Shown in pieces: positions 60,301 to 64,000 of a stretch of 64,000 bases of DNA; position 1 is the first letter of the stretch, and each line of letters begins with the position of its first letter. The stretch spans positions 1,364,001 to 1,428,000 of the forward strand of contig JAYWIR010000046.1 in NCBI GenBank assembly GCA_036172245.1, in the 5' to 3' direction. The translations under genes were made by a program, and so were the position numbers. Origin of the DNA: Raillietiella orientalis. Lineage: Eukaryota. A model generated the notes under the pieces. The model saw nothing but the letters and a program-made list of their open reading frames with translations. It did no database searches and had not been told where the DNA came from.

Positions 60301-62024
60301 GGTTGTCGCCAGAAGGCACCAGGGTGTTACGGTTAGACTTTCGGTCCCTGTTCTCTTCTTGAAAGTCTTTTACTAGCTCATACATTGCAAGCTGATGTCA
60401 TCTCCCGAGTCCAAAAACGTCCCGAGATCGCGGGGCCTCCCCGAGATGGTCTTCGAGGTGATCTGGACGTCGGCATTTTCCCCCGTGAACTCTGGGGACT
60501 CCCCGAACTTTCCAGAAGAATCCGGGAAAAACGAGGCCTCTGTTTCCGGGGATGTGCTCCCACCAGCCTTCCGACGCGCCAACCTTTTCGGCAGTCGTCC
60601 CGAGCCTGGAGGTCGCTGGAGATCCTCGGATCCTTAAGCTCCGCGATGACGTCATGCTCCCCAGGAGAATCACTCGGACCCTGAGAAGCCACGGACTCTG
60701 CCGTGCCCCAGCTCGGCACTAACGTCTTTCGCCTTCTCCGGTGCGAGAGCAGCCCACGGTCTGCACAAGTGGCCTCCTCCTCCTCTCGTTTCTCGTCTCC
60801 GTCTTCCGACGACGCTGGCCGGATCTCGGGCAGGAGAAGCCCCATCCGCCCCCGCACACGAACTTCTGCCTCTTGTTATCTGCCTCTCCCTTCCTCCGAG
60901 ATTTTCCCTCGAACTCCCCCGAGCCTCCACAGGGGTTCATCTAAGTAAAGGCGGGGCTGAGGTCATCCTTGGTCTTCGGGATGCATCAAAATGGGGAGCA
61001 CCGCTAGGCCCCTTCAGGATATCCAGCTCTGCATCCATTTGGCGCAAGATTTATGGGGACCCACGCCGTCACCGACGCCGCCCCAAGAGAGTTTCCTCCC
61101 GGACGCAATTATCCGACGGGCTCTGGGGCGTGCTGATACGACGTCATCACCTAGCCCTAGAGCCGAGGAAGGGTGCCGAGAGGGCGAGGACGCCGGCCGG
61201 GGGAAACCGGTCGGCAGACGGGCGACGCACGCGGATGCAGCATCTCTCCGGGTCTCCAGCCCGCATCGCATCGCCATGCTTCTTGCCGGCTCTCCAAGAA
61301 GCTCGGAGGTCGAAAGCAAACATCCTGTTCCGAGGGAGAGCAAACAGCCGCGCGCGAGCAACCGGAGATCAGCAAGCAACAGCGAGACGCGGAGGTCCAG
61401 GATAGCTCCTGGTCCGACGCGTAGCAGATTAATATCCACCCTTTGTTTGTTTGTTGTTTGGCCTTTTCAGCGACCGACGCGGAAGCGAGCAGGGTCGTGC
61501 TGCGTCAGGTAACCATGTTGCCCCGGAGATGTTGGAAAAAAAAAAAATGAAAAAAACAAAACGAAGCGGGACGGAAGGGGGTCGAGGAAGCAACACGCGA
61601 TGACGACCCCTCTCGAGCCGAACTGACCTGGGGAGTTTCCTAGGCAACGCAGTGTGATCTCCATCCCCTGTCGCCATGCCTGTCGTTCCCTCCTTCCCCT
61701 CTTCCATTGGCCGTGGAGGATGAGAAGGAAGAGACGCGCGAGCTCCCGAACGATCGCCCTCCGGCGCCGCGGAAGCACCCCCGCGAGAGATGCGGCGCGG
61801 ATCCCTGGCTCCCCAGTGGACGTGACCCGAAGCCTACAGCAAGGATCTGCTCGGTGCGAGGGGGGAGCGGAAAGGGGTAGGAACAAGCCTTACGCCCGCT
61901 CACCTGAAGATGACGTCGCTGCTGTTTTCTCTGTACCACAGGACCACTTTGAGCTTCGTCTGCTTGTCGGGAGGATCAATGTCGCATGGCAGCAACACTT
62001 CGCCCCTCAGGACGCACTCGACCC
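24072..62024 (-). CDS. Sidestep-family / nephrin-like Ig-superfamily transmembrane protein (5 Ig + FN3 + TM); spliced gene, 11 coding exons traced, 5' and 3' ends incomplete
   Basis: Exons 61904-62024, 53259-53464, 48029-48136, 47777-47980, 39232-39383, 33814-33958, 29373-29503, 28691-28844, 26320-26604, 25188-25508, 24072-24335 join in one stop-free frame (2091 nt) with AG acceptors, GT donors (last donor GC) and matching phases. Side-type motifs: LPCDI..[58 protein letters not shown] TM. Confidence 0.9.
25188..25508 (-). CDS. Side-like exon: fibronectin type III domain
   Basis: ttccag|(R)APESLQNCS...SLHVLCSEGHDGGSSQHFVAEV...YLVEVYPVNEVGRGDP...EWTE G|gtaggg; 321 nt. Confidence 0.88.
26320..26604 (-). 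CDS. Side-like exon: Ig5
   Basis: ttccag|(H)KPSC...EEVEVSCLVRARPEVTSVRW...[38 protein letters not shown] A|gtgagt; 285 nt. Confidence 0.92.
28691..28844 (-). CDS. Side-like exon: second half of Ig4
   Basis: ttccag|NEPITEGSAYEWSGNMLTIKNASRWIDGRYSCEATNMQGTSQSDVAVLEVQ C|gtaagt; 154 nt, phase 0 to 1. Confidence 0.9.
29373..29503 (-). CDS. Side-like exon: first half of Ig4
   Basis: ttttag|(Y)LPRISLVYVKPSNHLAILEGDIIILRCEIRANPPIMLVTWKRN|gtaagt; 131 nt, phase 1 to 0. Confidence 0.9.
30250..30600 (-). mobile_element. Decayed non-LTR RT fragment
   Basis: HINSFRAVS (cf. QxGFR) followed by ASDFSRA (cf. DFSKAFD). Confidence 0.3.
31830..33131 (-). mobile_element. Decayed APE endonuclease relic of a non-LTR element
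   Basis: QWN, LDIPVASES (cf. DII..TET), LSGF..GR, NLIVAGG (cf. IIAGDFN), YTF....KSRL, spread over two consecutive ORFs. Confidence 0.4.
33814..33958 (-). CDS. Side-like exon: second half of Ig3
   Basis: ttttag|VSYLENITISTSTFSPNYLDNGKNLTCHAVSSTLSGKGVRDVWVLKVY T|gtgagt; 145 nt, phase 0 to 1; absent from the ORF track. Confidence 0.9.
35130..36300 (-). mobile_element. Decayed non-LTR APE-RT relic
   Basis: GLLG.., FFGIFELSQ, NRHLLI (APE), then ILFK...LPFAVSP and LLSESSSGFRN (RT). Confidence 0.35.
36780..37260 (+). mobile_element. Decayed non-LTR RT fragment
   Basis: RQLLGFHR, GVVIYGD...H...SG resemble QxGFR and IYLDxxKAFDxVxH. Confidence 0.25.
37435..37505. repeat. AT-rich short degenerate tandem repeat (ATCGTA units)
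   Basis: About six ATCGT(A/G) units in 70 bp. Confidence 0.7.
38056..38538 (+). mobile_element. Decayed non-LTR RT fragment
   Basis: NWKLFHPQP...PRISLTC (cf. WKxAxVxP..RPISLT), AIIIDL...QAF. Confidence 0.3.
39232..39383 (-). CDS. Side-like exon: first half of Ig3
   Basis: acttag|(F)EPSTAKILGRNLPLSEYKEYKFTCQSTGARPPAKIIWSKG..SSSYT|gtatgt; 152 nt, phase 1 to 0. Confidence 0.9.
42560..43000 (+). mobile_element. Decayed APE N-terminal fragment
   Basis: ALVQECCL (cf. LQETWL), GGSGCRIAIFV (cf. GGGVAIxV). Confidence 0.25.
44970..45370 (-). mobile_element. Possible decayed LTR/DIRS-type RT fragment
   Basis: With frameshifts: CVLD..SY, LH...QKHT, YTF..LPF....TFAKA, FMESIL, in the order of RT motifs A-B-C. 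Confidence 0.25.
45385..46160 (-). mobile_element. tRNA-headed SINE-like repeat, copy 2 (longest)
   Basis: Head GGCGGCCGCGTGGCTGG...GGGTTCGAATCC on minus from 46125; body nearly identical to the reverse complement of copy 3. Confidence 0.8.
47777..47980 (-). CDS. Side-like exon: second half of Ig2
   Basis: catcag|(A)RPSAALTWFREG...STLRVFNLKRDDLGAKFTCQASNN...VVLDMN T|gtaagg; 204 nt. Confidence 0.92.
48029..48136 (-). CDS. Side-like exon: first half of Ig2
   Basis: gccag|(V)PPKPPIIKDKNRTVQEIVGPYRENENLELVCESYG G|gtaact; 108 nt, phase 1 to 1. Confidence 0.9.
48950..48990. repeat. Imperfect (CAT/CAC/TAT)n trinucleotide tract
   Basis: Direct reading. Confidence 0.7.
50317..50607 (+). mobile_element. 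Possible decayed APE fragment
   Basis: Intact GDFN motif in ORF 50317-50607; little other support. Confidence 0.2.
51377..51401. repeat. (TC)n microsatellite
   Basis: Direct reading. Confidence 0.9.
53259..53464 (-). CDS. Side-like exon: second half of Ig1
   Basis: ttccag|C YDARKSRIEKGMSWSEESMFGKRAQF...[35 protein letters not shown] G|gtgac; 206 nt, phase 2 to 1. Confidence 0.92.
54120..54500 (+). mobile_element. Decayed non-LTR RT fragment
   Basis: LLQTSLCGIRDPLIKLV...EFN....S (cf. LLxKLxxxGIxGxLLxWI). Confidence 0.25.
55032..55707 (+). mobile_element. tRNA-headed SINE-like repeat, copy 3 (5'-truncated just before the B box), inverted relative to copies 1 and 2
   Basis: Starts GTTGAGGGTTCGAATCC; shadow ORFs 55034-55483(+) and 45626-46081(-) translate almost identically. 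Confidence 0.8.
56637..56712 (+). pseudogene. Degenerate tRNA-Tyr(GTA)-like sequence or SINE head
   Basis: TAGCTCACTGG..GAG..GGACTGTA[aggtgggt]GATC...TTCGAAT parallels eukaryotic tRNA-Tyr; acceptor and T stems do not pair. Confidence 0.35.
56980..57399 (-). mobile_element. Decayed Ty3/gypsy-type RT fragment
   Basis: VHFPEDALHT (cf. EDxxKTAF), WDFMP...TFERSLLRIL...VTFLHD (cf. MPFG..TFQRxMxxIL..YLDD). Confidence 0.35.
58897..59284. mobile_element. Non-autonomous piggyBac-type element (MITE), 388 bp
   Basis: TTAA|CCCTTTG ... CAAAGGG|TTAA: TTAA on both sides, CCC/GGG termini, 7-bp terminal inverted repeat, AT-rich non-coding interior. Confidence 0.65.
59640..60362 (+). mobile_element. Decayed non-LTR APE endonuclease relic
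   Basis: ILAVVYRRSPG (cf. GVVYRPP), LGMHQL...SLDLSVT (cf. LxQxV..LDLVLT), GDQSL (cf. SDH). Confidence 0.5.
61904..62024 (-). CDS. Side-like exon: first half of Ig1 (V-set)
   Basis: ttccag|GG..VECVLRGEVLLPCDIDPPDKQTKLKVVLWYRENSSDVIF(S)..AG|gtgagc; 121 nt, phase 1 to 2; absent from the supplied ORF track. Confidence 0.88.
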
Positions 62025-64000
62025 CTGGAACAGAGTTTGCAGATCACGAAACGGGCCATCGGATTATCCTCGGGCAGAGTCGACCGGATCTTTTGGTTGC
62101 GGGCCGCAAGTGGACACGCGACGAGCCGAAGATCCCAGGCGCGATGGCGCTAGTAGCCGGACCAGCATCCGGCGCGTGGCATGCCCGATGGCTCCCACTT
62201 TCGCTACCGCTCACGCATCTTCCTTCCGCTCTCACTGGAAGACCCTCGGATGCGAATGACCCCTGCAAGGGAGAGTCGGAGAACCTATCCTTCCTCTAGG
62301 ACCTTGTCCGGCCGGACTGGTGAGCAGCCCTCGAAGAAGAACCCACGCGGGCGCAGGCGAGGATTCATGGCCGCCTCGCTCGCTTCAGCTCTCTTCGGCG
62401 GGTCCCAAGGTCACGTTCAGGTCAGGCTGGAGGGAAAAAAAAAAGAAGGATAGGGGAGGGAGTATTTATGGGTGATGAGGTTCGACTCTGGTGTGTTCGT
62501 CTGAGGGTGCCACCGGTCTGTCCCGAAATGCGGGAGCCTCCCCGACGAACCAGGCCACTTGAGAAGGTTCGCTGCAAGAACCAGACGTCGACCCGGACAC
62601 TCCGCGGAAAAAGGGAAGGAGGGAGAGGAGAAAAACCTTCAGGATTCCTCGGGCTCCACGGGTCGCTCTTCGTGAACGTTCTGTGGTGTGGAATCCGCAG
62701 CAGCGAGACAACGCACCACATCTCAAACTTCTAGCAGGAGCGCCGCGAGCCGACAGGGAGGAGACCTCCGAACGGGCGGGGGCGGGTAGAGGCATCGACC
62801 GCTACACAGCGGATCGGGACGTAGCCCCGGGGCGGCAGCCAGCAGGCGAACGGCAGCAACGCCGTTCTTCGGCGGGCTGCGGGCCCGTTCAGCCAAAAAT
62901 CCTCTCCGACGACTCGGGCGCCTCCTGCGAGATGGCAGCAGCTGCGCAGCAACATGGCTGGGAGGCGAAGAGGTGCAGCGGAGCTGAGGCAGGGCAACCC
63001 GCTAGAGCAGTCACACAGGGAGGAAGAGGTTGCGCGGAGGACAGGACTCCTCGCGCCCTCCGTGGATGCTAGCAGACTCGTCCTGAGGGGCCGACCGGAA
63101 GTTTCCGCGTGGAGCCGAGAAGCTTACAGTCCCTGTGGGAGGAGGGCGGCAAGAGGGCTACCCTGTCTCTCTCTTCCTCTTCGTGCACCCTTTCGCAAAG
63201 CCCAAGCAGAAAGCCGCACCTGAGTCTCCTCATGAGCCGGAGTTCCCGATGACCCGGGCTCCGGCTAATCTACGGCACGATGATGACCCCTACTTCAATC
63301 GGTTAGCCCGCGCGTGGCGTCTTCCCTGCGGGAGCGCCTTCCCCCTTGAGATCCTGACCCTTCGAGTGAGCGGACGGGGCTGCTCCCGAAGTTCCAGATT
63401 CATTGCGGGCGGATGGTCATCTTCGAGCGCCTCGAGCCATGCCCGGTCTCCCGCTCCTGGCGAAACAAACCCAGAGACGAGGTTCCCTCCGGAGGTTCGC
63501 CTGCGGCATCTAATCGGCCTCATCTGGTGCGCGAGGACTCCCCGCTGACCCACTCCATTTCTAGAAGCCTCACCGGACTGTGGGGGACAAATGCTGACCT
63601 CCAAGAACCTTCCAAAGATTCCTCTCCCCTCCCTCACCCCCCTCCTCATCCCCGAAATCCCCATCGTCGTCGCGCTGGCAACGCCCTCCACCCTTCCATC
63701 CCCCTGAGAAGGGTGTGCAAACGGACTCCTCGTGCTTCCTTAGGGAACGCGGATTTTCCTCTCGGATAGCCTCCTCGGAGCAGCACGTAGCTGGCGGAGC
63801 GGAGATCCTTCCTGGGAAATGGGATCACAAGGTCCGAAGGACCCGAGCTGCAGCGTTTGCAGCTTCCGTAGCGCAAGCGTCTCAGCGTTCTTGCGGGCCA
63901 AGAGCCCTCGTACTGCCCCAGGGGAACCCGCTTGCCTTCCCGCTATCCACGATCTGAGCGCGTCGCGCTCGCGCCTCCCGCGCACGTTTCTGAGAGGGAG

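Overview
Eukaryotic genomic DNA, most likely arthropod (inferred from the gene family). The main feature is one large minus-strand, intron-rich gene for a Sidestep-family (nephrin-like) immunoglobulin-superfamily membrane protein. I traced 11 coding exons by hand from 62024 down to 24072: 5 Ig domains, FN3 and TM, about 697 codons, with every splice phase compatible. The signal-peptide exon and the last cytoplasmic exon(s) are unresolved. Introns and the 3' flank contain: three copies of a ~0.6-0.75 kb tRNA-headed SINE-like repeat with a hairpin-rich body, two of them a near-identical inverted pair bracketing three exons; a TTAA-flanked piggyBac-type MITE; many heavily decayed non-LTR (APE/RT) relics and weaker LTR/DIRS-like RT relics; a frameshifted repeat-protein pseudogene at ~4.9-5.8 kb; a 25-bp hairpin; and several decayed 'ghost' copies of the gene's own exons beside the real ones. 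Most ORFs in the supplied track are shadow or spurious. There are no prokaryotic systems or CRISPR arrays. Relic calls rest on by-eye motif matching and are low confidence.
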